Positions 30,239-38,874 of a DNA stretch of 64,000 nt are shown one piece after another. Below the pieces are notes generated by a model. The model saw nothing but the letters and a program-made list of their open reading frames with translations, did not search any database and was not told the origin of the DNA. A program made the position numbers and the translations under genes. The DNA lies in NCBI GenBank assembly GCA_964399035.1, contig CAYNPH010000009.1, positions 73,846-137,845 of the forward strand. Direction: 5' to 3'. Source of the DNA: an uncultured Desulfurococcaceae archaeon (GTDB lineage Archaea; Thermoproteota; Thermoprotei_A; Sulfolobales; NBVN01). Each line of letters starts with the position of its first letter. The stretch's first letter is position 1.

Positions 30239-30424
30239 ATGGGGAATTCCTTGGAGTCAAACGCCGTGGATCTTGAGATAATTGAGGAATACATCATTGA
30301 TGGACAACGGAGGTATAGAGTTAGGTTAAAGGGAACTAACATAGTAGTGAACGTGGAAGCCCAGAACGATGAAGAAGCCCTCCGGAAAGTGGCTGAACTC
30401 ATGGTAAAGCTCAAGATGGTTTAG
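30239..30424 (+). CDS. Small hypothetical protein
   Basis: 61 aa. MGNSLESNAVDLEIIEEYIIDGQRRYRVRLKGTNIVVNVEAQNDEEALRKVAELMVKLKMV has a protein-like alpha/beta pattern. The stop lies 1 nt from the tRNA end. Confidence 0.4.
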   Translation: MGNSLESNAVDLEIIEEYIIDGQRRYRVRLKGTNIVVNVEAQNDEEALRKVAELMVKLKMV

Positions 30425-30425
30425 C

Positions 30426-30525
30426 TGGTGGGGCCGCCGGGATTTGAACCCGGGACCACCAGCGCTCCGGGACCACGGGGATTCCTCCCCAGGCTGGCAT
30501 CCTAGCCAAGCTAGACGACGGCCCC
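30426..30525 (-). tRNA. tRNA-Pro (anticodon GGG) with a 22-nt intron at 37/38 (intron about 30465-30486); 3' CCA is genomically present
   Basis: Hand-folded on the minus strand:
- acceptor GGGGCCG/CGGCCCC;
- D arm GUCU-AGCUUGGCUA-GGAU;
- anticodon stem CCAGC/GCUGG;
- loop CU-GGG-G, then intron AGGAAUCCCCGUGGUCCCGGAG;
- T arm CCGGG-UUCAAAU-CCCGG;
- discriminator A, then CCA. Confidence 0.85.
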
Positions 30526-30593
30526 TCGATCCGATGTACTTTATCCATAAGCCTCTTTATAAGCGTTTAATGTTAGGTTTATGGGCGGGATAA

Positions 30594-31154
30594 TTGAGGT
30601 TATTCGTCGCTGTAGAGATTGAGGACCCCGCTACACTAACTAATATCATTAAGTTCCGCGATAGCGTATTAGCCTGCTCCAACAACAAGGGATTCAAGGG
30701 TGTGGAGGACGAGAACATCCATATCACGATTAGATTCATAGGTGAGGTGCCGGATCCCTACGTTAAGGATGTGTCGAAATGTCTTGAGAGAGTAGCAAGC
30801 ATCCCTAGGTTTAGCATCCGGGTGAAGGGTGTAGGGGCCTTCCCGAGCATAAGTAGGCCTAGGGTGATATGGGTTGGGATTAGCGAGGGAGCTAATTACC
30901 TTAAGAGACTGCGTGACACGTTAGAGCCCTGTCTAAGGAGCTACGCAAAGCCCGATCACGCCGAGTTTAGACCTCACGTCACTGTCGCCAGAGTTAAGGG
31001 GAGATTCGACAGAGCATGTTTAGCGGAAGTGATGCGTGCATATGAAGATTTCGAGTTTGGGTCATTCATAGTAACTAAGGTGGTGCTGAAGAGAAGTATC
31101 CTTCGGCCCCAGGGCCCGCTCTACATCGATGTTAAGTCGGTGGGCCTAAAGTGA
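30594..31154 (+). CDS. thpR: RNA 2',3'-cyclic phosphodiesterase / 2'-5' RNA ligase family (2H phosphoesterase, ThpR/LigT)
   Basis: 186 aa with the two HxT motifs of the 2H family (HITIRF and HVTVAR). TTG start. It overlaps cca by 4 nt. Confidence 0.8.
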   Translation: MRLFVAVEIEDPATLTNIIKFRDSVLACSNNKGFKGVEDENIHITIRFIGEVPDPYVKDVSKCLERVASIPRFSIRVKGVGAFPSISRPRVIWVGISEGANYLKRLRDTLEPCLRSYAKPDHAEFRPHVTVARVKGRFDRACLAEVMRAYEDFEFGSFIVTKVVLKRSILRPQGPLYIDVKSVGLK

Positions 31155-32575
31155 TGCGACACGATATCCGTGCTGTGGTAAAGGAAGTTAAAGAGGTACT
31201 TAGGCCAACACCTTCCGAGTTAAAAGAAGCGTTACGTCTCTATAAGGAGTTAAAGGAAATTCTAGAGAACGTACTATCTAAGTCGATACCCTACGACTTC
31301 AAAGTCGAACTGGAAGGGTCTGTAGCTAAGGGCACCTCCTTGAGGGGAGAGATGGACTTAGACATCTTTGTACTCATACGGTATGAGGACTTGAGCAAGG
31401 AATGGATTATTGAAAAGTTTGTGAAGCCCGTGAGCAAAGAGCTAAGTCATTTGGGGAGGGGATATCAGGTAGAGTTAAGGTACGCCTCCCACCCTTACGT
31501 GAAGATCTACGCTGGAGGCATAGAAGCGGATATAGTGCCAGCCTACTGGGCCGAATCCCTCGATGACATAAAAACACCCGTCGACAGAACGCCTTTCCAC
31601 ACAGAATTCGTGAAGAGGAACCTAACCGACGAGCAACGCGATGAGGTTCGGCTACTAAAGAAATTCTTTAAGGGGATCGGGGTTTACGGCGCGGAGATAA
31701 AGGTTGAGGGCTTCTCCGGTTACTTAACGGAACTGCTCATCATAAGGTACGGTTCCTTCGAGGGGTTCCTTAAGTCAGCAGTAACTTGGAGGGAACCCCA
31801 GATCATATCGTTAAACAGACTAAACTCCTACGAGGTCTCAGTGTTGCGGAGAACCTTCAGGGGAGCGCCACTGATATTCCCTGACCCAGTTGATAATAGA
31901 CGGAATGCTGCCGCTGCAGTTTCTAGGAGATCCATGGCTTTAGCTATACTCGCCGCTCATGAGTTCTTAAGGAATCCATCACCAAAATTCTTCTTCCCCA
32001 CGCGAAGGACATTAAGCGTCGAGGAACTCCAGTCTCGCTTGGAATCTACTGAGAGACGCGCCATCCTCATACTCTATGACGTGACCGAGGGAACTTCGCC
32101 CGATATTATCTGGGGCGAGCTTAAGAGCGTGGGGAGACGCATAGCGAATATTCTCAAGGTAAACGACTTCAACGTCTTGGACCTGAGGTTCTGGAGCGAT
32201 GAACGCAACCATGCCGCGATTTACGTGGAACTCCATGGAGGAAACTTAAGCAAGTTGAAACCCGTGAGAGGCCCTGCTAAGATTGGAGCTGGCTTACTTA
32301 ACTTCTTTGGGAAACACACCGTTAGGGACCCGGTACCGCCTTGGATAGACTGGGAGGGAATTCCTAGGGCTCTCTCCCTTAGGAAGATCCGTAATCCTGA
32401 GGATCTTCTGAGGAAGAATAAGGGTCTGTTAAGTGCTAGTCACCTGAAATTAACAGGCATTACGGTGAATTTAGTTGAAAAAGATGTTCGTGCCTTGTGC
32501 CGTGACAGTAGTTTCCTCGCGTGGCTTAGTGAGGCTATCGTTAAATCACTGCCTTGGAAAGAAGTGCTGGTGTAG
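31151..32575 (+). CDS. cca: CCA-adding enzyme (archaeal class I tRNA nucleotidyltransferase)
   Basis: 474 aa with the catalytic region LEGSVAKGTSLRGEMDLDIFV (GS...DxD) and archaeal class I length. Confidence 0.85.
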   Translation: MMRHDIRAVVKEVKEVLRPTPSELKEALRLYKELKEILENVLSKSIPYDFKVELEGSVAKGTSLRGEMDLDIFVLIRYEDLSKEWIIEKFVKPVSKELSHLGRGYQVELRYASHPYVKIYAGGIEADIVPAYWAESLDDIKTPVDRTPFHTEFVKRNLTDEQRDEVRLLKKFFKGIGVYGAEIKVEGFSGYLTELLIIRYGSFEGFLKSAVTWREPQIISLNRLNSYEVSVLRRTFRGAPLIFPDPVDNRRNAAAAVSRRSMALAILAAHEFLRNPSPKFFFPTRRTLSVEELQSRLESTERRAILILYDVTEGTSPDIIWGELKSVGRRIANILKVNDFNVLDLRFWSDERNHAAIYVELHGGNLSKLKPVRGPAKIGAGLLNFFGKHTVRDPVPPWIDWEGIPRALSLRKIRNPEDLLRKNKGLLSASHLKLTGITVNLVEKDVRALCRDSSFLAWLSEAIVKSLPWKEVLV

Positions 32576-32792
32576 TTTCAGGTACGTAGAAGGGTGAAGA
32601 TTGGCGTATTCTTCCCAGAACCCTAACGTCATCTATTGTTGGGGTTCCGAGCATCCTACCGCAGTTGGGGCATTTACCTTCGTACCTCATGGCTAACTCG
32701 GAAGGTGCGGGTAATCCAAAGCAATCCTGGCCTACCCGCTCAAATACGAATATTATGGATCCGCATCCCTTACAACGAAATATTACCGGCAC
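32541..32792 (-). CDS. Hypothetical zinc-ribbon protein
   Basis: 83 aa with a GTG start. CKGCGS ... CPNCG are two CxxC knuckles. The last about 11 codons overlap the 3' end of cca convergently. Confidence 0.45.
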   Translation of the reverse strand: MPVIFRCKGCGSIIFVFERVGQDCFGLPAPSELAMRYEGKCPNCGRMLGTPTIDDVRVLGRIRQSSPFYVPETTPALLSKAVI

Positions 32793-32988
32793 TTACAGAA
32801 CACCGATTATTTCTTACGCTGATCAAGTAGATAATAAGCTACCCTTTAAATACTAGGGGGTATTACTTGATAATCAATCACTAGTGTAGCATGTTCGATG
32901 GTAATGCATTTATATACATCGCACCGGTATTATCCATTAATGGATTTTTAAGAAAATAGTGATGCCTCTACGTGATAAGGTATTACTC

Positions 32989-33423
32989 CTAGACCTTCGG
33001 CATTGAGTACTCCCATAGAGGCTTACCTTTACTTGTCTTGGGTGCCAGCCAGTCTATGATTCTCTCCAAGTCATCGCTAACTATGACTACCCTAATGGGT
33101 CCCAACGGTGACTCAGAGTCATACGTAACAAAGGATACGTGGCCTGCGTACGCGCTTTGCTTGTGTAGTTTCAGCGTTATCCTATTGTCTACTCTTGAAG
33201 AAAACATAATTTTGCGTGCTGTATCGAGTATCCTATCCTGCCTTAAAACCTGGTGGAACCTCAACAGTGATTCTACTTTATTCGATTCGCAAACCACCTC
33301 CTTATAGGGCGAGCCATCAATGACATCGTAGTGCTCAACATCGAATAAATTACGAATGGATCTAAGCACGCGCTCCAGATCCTCTGTCGGTCTGAGATCG
33401 CTTCGTACCTGTAGCAAAAACAT
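32989..33423 (-). CDS. UPF0201-type putative RNA-binding protein (COG1931-like)
   Basis: 144 aa. The N-terminus VRSDLRPTEDLERVLRSIRNLF matches the conserved PTED start of the family. It is paired with the P-loop gene upstream, as is usual in archaea. Confidence 0.55.
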   Translation of the reverse strand: MFLLQVRSDLRPTEDLERVLRSIRNLFDVEHYDVIDGSPYKEVVCESNKVESLLRFHQVLRQDRILDTARKIMFSSRVDNRITLKLHKQSAYAGHVSFVTYDSESPLGPIRVVIVSDDLERIIDWLAPKTSKGKPLWEYSMPKV

Positions 33424-33982
33424 TCCTTAACTCCTCCCTTAGCTTGGAGACGGCTTCCTTCTTTATATCGCTTATGTCTCGCCCCTCATTAACTATCATT
33501 ATGTCGGCTAACGCTATCACACCCCCTATCCCGAAGCTTAACTCCTTAAGATCCCTCTCCCGGAAGTCCTCCCAGTCTGTAGGATCATCAGGTCTCCCTC
33601 TACGCACGAGTCTCTCAAAACGTGTTCTAGGGGAGGCATGCACCGCAACTATTATCACTGAACCCTCCTTGGAGAAACGCGCGATTTCGTCAAGACTTCG
33701 CACACCATCTATCACTACCACATCAGAACTCACGTTTCGGATCCTTCGGGAAGTTAATTCCGCAACCGCCGTAGGCCCCATTTCCTCGCGTAGGCGTTTA
33801 GCGAATTCCATCATTGATTTAAGATCCTCCTTTACACCTCTACGCCTCGCTTCCTCTCTGACAACGTCACCCATACTTAGGACGGGGTACCCGAATTCCT
33901 CAGCTATACCCTCTACAACCACTGACTTACCGGATCCCGGCATTCCGGTTACACAGATAAGCACTCGCTTCAAGCCTGTCAC
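33362..33982 (-). CDS. UPF0200-type P-loop kinase (dephospho-CoA kinase / adenylate kinase-like fold)
   Basis: 206 aa with Walker A ICVTGMPGSGKSV and a small NMP-kinase-like size. Its 3' end overlaps the next gene by 62 nt. Confidence 0.6.
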   Translation of the reverse strand: MTGLKRVLICVTGMPGSGKSVVVEGIAEEFGYPVLSMGDVVREEARRRGVKEDLKSMMEFAKRLREEMGPTAVAELTSRRIRNVSSDVVVIDGVRSLDEIARFSKEGSVIIVAVHASPRTRFERLVRRGRPDDPTDWEDFRERDLKELSFGIGGVIALADIMIVNEGRDISDIKKEAVSKLREELRNVFATGTKRSQTDRGSGARA

Positions 33983-34063
33983 CTACCCAACAACTTTCAA
34001 CACTAGTCCCAGAGCTTCTTTTCGCCCTAAGTATTTAAAGTAGGATTCGAAAATCGTAGTGAA

Positions 34064-34834
34064 CTACTTGATCATAATGCGCATGAATTTCCTAGCTATC
34101 CATGAGTACTTGAATATTTTCCTTGCCTCTCTCAGGTGATCCCCGTAACCATGCCTATACCTCTGCGAAACGTGGAATAGAAGTAACATCCTTGCTCTAA
34201 CCTCCCTAGCAACGTGGGCTGCCTCAGCTGCCGTTGAATGCTTGTACTCCAGTGCTAAGTCGCTGTCGTTTGATGAGAGTGTTGCATCATGTATTAATAC
34301 GTCAGGCTCCTCCACGATGCTGGAGAGCTTCTTGGGTAATGGGCGAGTGTCAGTAATGTAAGCAAGCGTCCTCTTGCCTCCGAAGTGGAGCACGTATCCG
34401 TAAGTAACTATGCCGTGATCAAGTTCTATTGCCTGTACCACTACGTCATTGGAGAGTCGTAACTCGTCCTCACTCTTAAGCTCGATAACAGCTACGTCAA
34501 ACCTAGGCCTAAAGTACAGGAGTTTGAAGTTCTCTAGAAGGTAATCTCGTATTCCTTCAGGCCCTATGATGGTCACTTGCGTTTCGGTGCCTGAGAGCGA
34601 CCTGGACTGCAGTAACGGGATTAGTCCCAATATGTGATCGCCATGCATGTGCGTTATTAAGATATAGCGTATGGAGGCAACACTGGAACCCGCCTCGTGT
34701 ATCCTATGTTGCGTTCCTTCGCCAGCATCCAGCAATAGGCGTGTTCTTCCATAGCAAACGATTATAGAGGGAAGGTCGTCACTTCCTGGGTATGGTCCTG
34801 ACGCCCCTAATATTGTTGCTCTAATGGGGTTCAA
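34064..34834 (-). CDS. rnz: Ribonuclease Z (tRNA 3' endonuclease, metallo-beta-lactamase)
   Basis: LPSIIVCYGRTRLLLDAGEGTQHRI and the ITHMHGDHILG (HxHxDH) motif. At 256 aa it is at the short end for RNase Z. Confidence 0.7.
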   Translation of the reverse strand: MNPIRATILGASGPYPGSDDLPSIIVCYGRTRLLLDAGEGTQHRIHEAGSSVASIRYILITHMHGDHILGLIPLLQSRSLSGTETQVTIIGPEGIRDYLLENFKLLYFRPRFDVAVIELKSEDELRLSNDVVVQAIELDHGIVTYGYVLHFGGKRTLAYITDTRPLPKKLSSIVEEPDVLIHDATLSSNDSDLALEYKHSTAAEAAHVAREVRARMLLLFHVSQRYRHGYGDHLREARKIFKYSWIARKFMRIMIK

Positions 34835-35865
34835 GGCTTCCTCACCACGAAGATGTCCCTTGTTAGTGCTCCATGAACCCAGTTAAGGTGTCTCTCCATG
34901 ATCTTTAAACCGACGTCATCAATTACCTCTTCCACCTCAACATCCTTTCTTTGGGCAAATGCTAAGTAACCACCACTGATTAGGGTCTCCGCTGCCTCAT
35001 TCAAGAAGCACTCCATTAACTCCCGTAACCCCCCGCTACACTTCACCTGCGTTAACCTTCCGTAGGGCGGGTCTGTTCCTATGGAACTTACTTTCCGTAC
35101 AGGCATACTACACGCATCAGCCACGAAAACCTGAGGCACACATCCATAATGCATGAGGTTCTCTGCCGCACCCGTAACGTGACGTACGCTTATATCGCTC
35201 CCAACATACTTGAGTCCCATAACACAAGCCTCAAGCAGGAATCCCCCAACACCGCAGAACGGATCATAGAACAAACCCTCAGGTCCAGCTCTACTCAAGT
35301 TCACGAATATCCTACTCCAGAGAGGGGTGAGTGTCCCCGGGAGATATACTGGCCTATGCTGTGGTGCCCTCGCATCGAACTCACGCATTCTCCTTGTGAA
35401 GAGCCTGTAGCCAATAATAATAACTCCTTCACTCAATATGATATCTATTAAGGGGGCATCAGGGGAACGTATAGCGCCTTGTAGCGTTCCTCGAATCGCA
35501 TTGATCACGTCAGCATACCTCACGTTATATCCATACCTCTTCACTCGCTTGAACGCTACGTGGCTGAAGGGTAATTTCCTTAACTCATCACACTCCTTCA
35601 GGAGCCTACGTAGCCCCTCTACACCCTCACTTGTTTCAACTACACCAAGCATTACTCCAGCATATCTCACCAAGGCTGCCCTTCTTCTAAGTACCTCAAA
35701 GAAGCCCTCCTCACATTCTCCAATAACTACTTGATCCAGCTTAGCATGGATCTTAAGGTATTTGTGCTCAGCTTCACTAAGTGCTATTAACTCTGAGTAA
35801 GGTAGCGTCCTATGCTCTCCTGACAAGAAGAAGTATGCTTTACTAATTCGTGGTAATGAATTCAT
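34831..35865 (-). CDS. THUMP-domain tRNA (guanine-N2) methyltransferase (Trm-G10/Trm11-like)
   Basis: 344 aa with SAM motif I DPFCGVGGFLLEA and catalytic GTDPPYG. The N-terminal about 150 aa fit a THUMP-like module. It overlaps rnz by 4 nt. Confidence 0.65.
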   Translation of the reverse strand: MNSLPRISKAYFFLSGEHRTLPYSELIALSEAEHKYLKIHAKLDQVVIGECEEGFFEVLRRRAALVRYAGVMLGVVETSEGVEGLRRLLKECDELRKLPFSHVAFKRVKRYGYNVRYADVINAIRGTLQGAIRSPDAPLIDIILSEGVIIIGYRLFTRRMREFDARAPQHRPVYLPGTLTPLWSRIFVNLSRAGPEGLFYDPFCGVGGFLLEACVMGLKYVGSDISVRHVTGAAENLMHYGCVPQVFVADACSMPVRKVSSIGTDPPYGRLTQVKCSGGLRELMECFLNEAAETLISGGYLAFAQRKDVEVEEVIDDVGLKIMERHLNWVHGALTRDIFVVRKP

Positions 35866-35902
35866 AGTCTATCACTGTCTTTCAGATGTGTACTTCATTA
35901 CC

Positions 35903-36805
35903 TCATGGAGCACGGTATTCCCTAAGCACGGCAGTTAGTTCCGGGCTAACGTCCACGTACTCTATTAAGTCATCGTTAATTCTAACGGCCAGCGTATTCA
36001 GTGTAAGTACCTTGTCTACGCCAGCATTCCTCAATTTTCCTAGGGCTTCACCAACGAATAGCCCATGGCTCGCAACCGCGAACACCTCTGATGCCCCACA
36101 TCCCCGCAAGAAAGATGCTATGTTAGCTACGGTGCCACCAGTACTTATTATGTCGTCCACTATTACGACTTCCTTCCCATCAACATCTATGTTTTCCGGT
36201 AACTCATGTCTTATTTGACCTGTAATCCTATCCCTGTGTTTCCTTATTACGAAGCACTCGCACTCAAGTTCGGACGCGAGCGCCTTAGCCCTATGAGATG
36301 CTCCTAGATCAGGTGAAACAACTATGGGGTTCTTAAGACCCATGCTCCTTAGTTTGCTGGAGAAAACCTTAGAGGGTATAATGTTCCTCGCTTGACCCGC
36401 GAAGTACCTTAGGCTTTCGGGTTTATGTAAGTCAACAACGTAGAGCTCGTCCACACCCGCATCGCTCAGTAGCCTCAACACAGTCCTTACGCTAACAGCC
36501 TCGCCGGGCAGGAACTCACGATCCTGACGTGCATATGCTAAGTAAGTAAGTACCACTCTGACATTGCGCACGCCATGACTCCGCAAGGCATCCACGGCGA
36601 AGAATAACTCCAGTAGCCTCTTATCTTGCTCAGGATACGTGGTCTGCACTAGAATGACGTCCTTATTCTCAACGTTAGTTTCTATCCTGACGTAGGACTC
36701 ACCATCTGGGAACACTTTCCTTCGAATTACTTGGAAGTAAGATCCTAAATCCTCAGCAACCTTCCTCCCTATACCCTCAAGCTCTGGAAACACTAATACT
36801 ATCAT
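35903..36805 (-). CDS. prs: Ribose-phosphate pyrophosphokinase (PRPP synthetase)
   Basis: 300 aa with the PRPP-binding loop VVIVDDIISTGGT and YLAYARQDR. Confidence 0.85.
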   Translation of the reverse strand: MIVLVFPELEGIGRKVAEDLGSYFQVIRRKVFPDGESYVRIETNVENKDVILVQTTYPEQDKRLLELFFAVDALRSHGVRNVRVVLTYLAYARQDREFLPGEAVSVRTVLRLLSDAGVDELYVVDLHKPESLRYFAGQARNIIPSKVFSSKLRSMGLKNPIVVSPDLGASHRAKALASELECECFVIRKHRDRITGQIRHELPENIDVDGKEVVIVDDIISTGGTVANIASFLRGCGASEVFAVASHGLFVGEALGKLRNAGVDKVLTLNTLAVRINDDLIEYVDVSPELTAVLREYRAP

Positions 36806-36917
36806 TCCCGTCCCCTGTGTTTTAATTCACGGTTCCCCTTATTGACGTATTCGGTGTTACTCGATAACTTAATCCTTTGTGTAAACACTACTTACCTAGT
36901 GGGTCGGTGGTGTTAAA

Positions 36918-38000
36918 ATGCCTAGAAAACCTGATCTTTCAAAACCTTGGGTGAGAGAAGCTAAGTATTGGGAACCGCTCGATCATAGGAGAGTGAAGTG
37001 CAACCTATGTTCAAGGAGGTGTGTAATACAGCCTGAATCATACGGGGTTTGCGGTGTCAGGTACAACCATGACGGCAAGTTATACACACTAGTTTACGGT
37101 CTACTTACAGCCGCAAACGTAGATCCAATTGAAAAGAAACCCCTCACCCACTTTCACCCTGGCTCGCTAGTAATGTCTATCTCTACCGCTGGTTGCAATT
37201 TCATGTGCAAGTTCTGCTTGAACTGGACCATAAGTCAGGCACGTCAGGAGAAGATCATCGGAGACTACTTTACCCCGGAGGAAGTCGTGAATCTAGCCCT
37301 AAAGTATGGGGCTGACGGTATGAGTTACACCTATAACGAACCTACGGTCTTCTACGAATTCATGCTCGATACAGCTAAGTTAGCGATGAAACGCGGACTG
37401 TTTAACACAATAGTAACTAACGGATACATGACCCCTGAAGCCATACAGGAACTAGCACCTTATTTAAATGCTGCCACAGTTGATGTCAAGGGAAATGCGG
37501 ATCCATCCTTCTACAGGAAATTCATGGGCGTGAACGATCCTACACCCATATTCGACGCCCTACTAGAACTCAAAAAGCATGGGGTGTTCATAGAAGTGAC
37601 GGATCTTGTGGTTCCGAGATACGGTGAGGATGAGGATGCCCTTAGGAAGCTGGCTAGCTGGATAGTGGATAACCTCGGCCCTGACACACCTTTTCACGTG
37701 CTGAGATTCCACCCCGACTTCCTCATGCGTGACGTGCCCTCAACACCCTTGAGAACCCTAGAGAAGCACGCCAAGATAGCTAAGGAATGCGGGCTGAACT
37801 ACGTCTACGTGGGGAACGTGCCTGGTCATCCCCTAGAGCATACTTACTGTCCCAAGTGTGGAACGCTTCTAGTGCAGAGGTACGGCTTCGATATAATCGA
37901 GTGGAATTTAAGTGAAGACAATAAGTGCCCTAAGTGTGGACATAAGATTAACATCATTGGAAAGTATAAGAAGCGCCCGAGACATCTGCTCTGGTGGTGA
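36918..38000 (+). CDS. Radical SAM enzyme of the AmmeMemoRadiSam / PflA-like type
   Basis: Cluster motif GCNFMCKFCLNW (CxxxCxxC). The N-terminal Cys-rich region is KCNLCSRRCVIQPESYGVCGVRY and the C-terminal one is CPKCG...CPKCG. Confidence 0.75.
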   Translation: MPRKPDLSKPWVREAKYWEPLDHRRVKCNLCSRRCVIQPESYGVCGVRYNHDGKLYTLVYGLLTAANVDPIEKKPLTHFHPGSLVMSISTAGCNFMCKFCLNWTISQARQEKIIGDYFTPEEVVNLALKYGADGMSYTYNEPTVFYEFMLDTAKLAMKRGLFNTIVTNGYMTPEAIQELAPYLNAATVDVKGNADPSFYRKFMGVNDPTPIFDALLELKKHGVFIEVTDLVVPRYGEDEDALRKLASWIVDNLGPDTPFHVLRFHPDFLMRDVPSTPLRTLEKHAKIAKECGLNYVYVGNVPGHPLEHTYCPKCGTLLVQRYGFDIIEWNLSEDNKCPKCGHKINIIGKYKKRPRHLLWW

Positions 38001-38004
38001 GTTA

Positions 38005-38817
38005 ATGTATTACATCTTAATCTCCGGACCCGCAGGCTCGGGAAAGTCAACGCTAGTTAAGTCTCTCGGTGAATGGATGGAGGATCACCAAATGGATGTC
38101 GTTAGGGTGAACTTCGATCCCGCTGCTGAGGTACTTCCCTATACTCCCGATGTTGATGTGCGAAGGTACGTTAATGCTCGTGACTTAATGATTAAGCATG
38201 GATTAGGTCCTAACGGTGCAATGATTGCCAGCGTTGATTACTTAGTGAATTACGTCGCAGACCTAAGGAACGAAGTAGAGGAGTTACGCGCTAATTACGC
38301 ATTAGTTGACTTGCCCGGGCAATTAGAGGTCATAGCGTTCAGGCGTTTAGGACCCATAATAATTAAGGAGCTAGTTAGGGGTTACAAATCCGCCATGGTT
38401 TTCCTAGTGGATGTTAGGCTAGCTACTGAGATGACTTCCGCGCTCTCAATAACCCTCCTCGCACTCTCAACTCTTTACAGATTAGAGCTACCGCTGACGC
38501 TAGCACTCAACAAGATTGATTTAATCACCGCCGATCTTGCAAATCCGAATGAACTGTTTACTACGCTTAAGAATAGTGTGAACCTCATGAAGCTCCTTGA
38601 GGATACCCACAGCTGTGCAGAATTAACCCTGTCAACGGTCTTTGTGGATCCGGAGATCAGCGAAAATCTATGTAGAGTAGTGAAGAACGCCTTCAGCGAA
38701 GTGATCCCCCTCTCGGCTAAGGAGGGTTACGGCATTGATTCACTCTACGCTGCCACCCAGAGGGTTTTGGCTGGAGGCGAGGATTTCCTTACCGAAGAAC
38801 CCAGCGGGTTCTACTAA
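38005..38817 (+). CDS. GPN-loop GTPase
   Basis: MYYILISGPAGSGKST P-loop, GLGPNGAM GPN motif, and the LNKIDL NKxD-like motif. True start is ATG 38005; the ORF-track 37912 extension overlaps the previous gene. Confidence 0.75.
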   Translation: MYYILISGPAGSGKSTLVKSLGEWMEDHQMDVVRVNFDPAAEVLPYTPDVDVRRYVNARDLMIKHGLGPNGAMIASVDYLVNYVADLRNEVEELRANYALVDLPGQLEVIAFRRLGPIIIKELVRGYKSAMVFLVDVRLATEMTSALSITLLALSTLYRLELPLTLALNKIDLITADLANPNELFTTLKNSVNLMKLLEDTHSCAELTLSTVFVDPEISENLCRVVKNAFSEVIPLSAKEGYGIDSLYAATQRVLAGGEDFLTEEPSGFY

Positions 38818-38874
38818 AACCTTAATTTACTCATGATTAAAGGATTAGTTATAATGAATTGAACCGTTTCTCCC

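Noticed and set aside
30426-30525. tRNA-Pro as an integration site for a mobile element or integrated virus.
   Set aside because: No integrase fragment, no partial duplication of the tRNA 3' half and no compositional break flank the tRNA. The neighbouring genes are conserved housekeeping genes.
32932-32945. Perfect palindromes in spacers as potential operators: atccattaatggat (32932-32945), gagtaattactc (47401-47412) and cacctaggtg (60826-60835).
   Set aside because: Short AT-rich palindromes are expected by chance in AT-rich archaeal intergenic DNA. None is repeated elsewhere in the window or positioned convincingly over a TATA/BRE, so they are not reported as sites.
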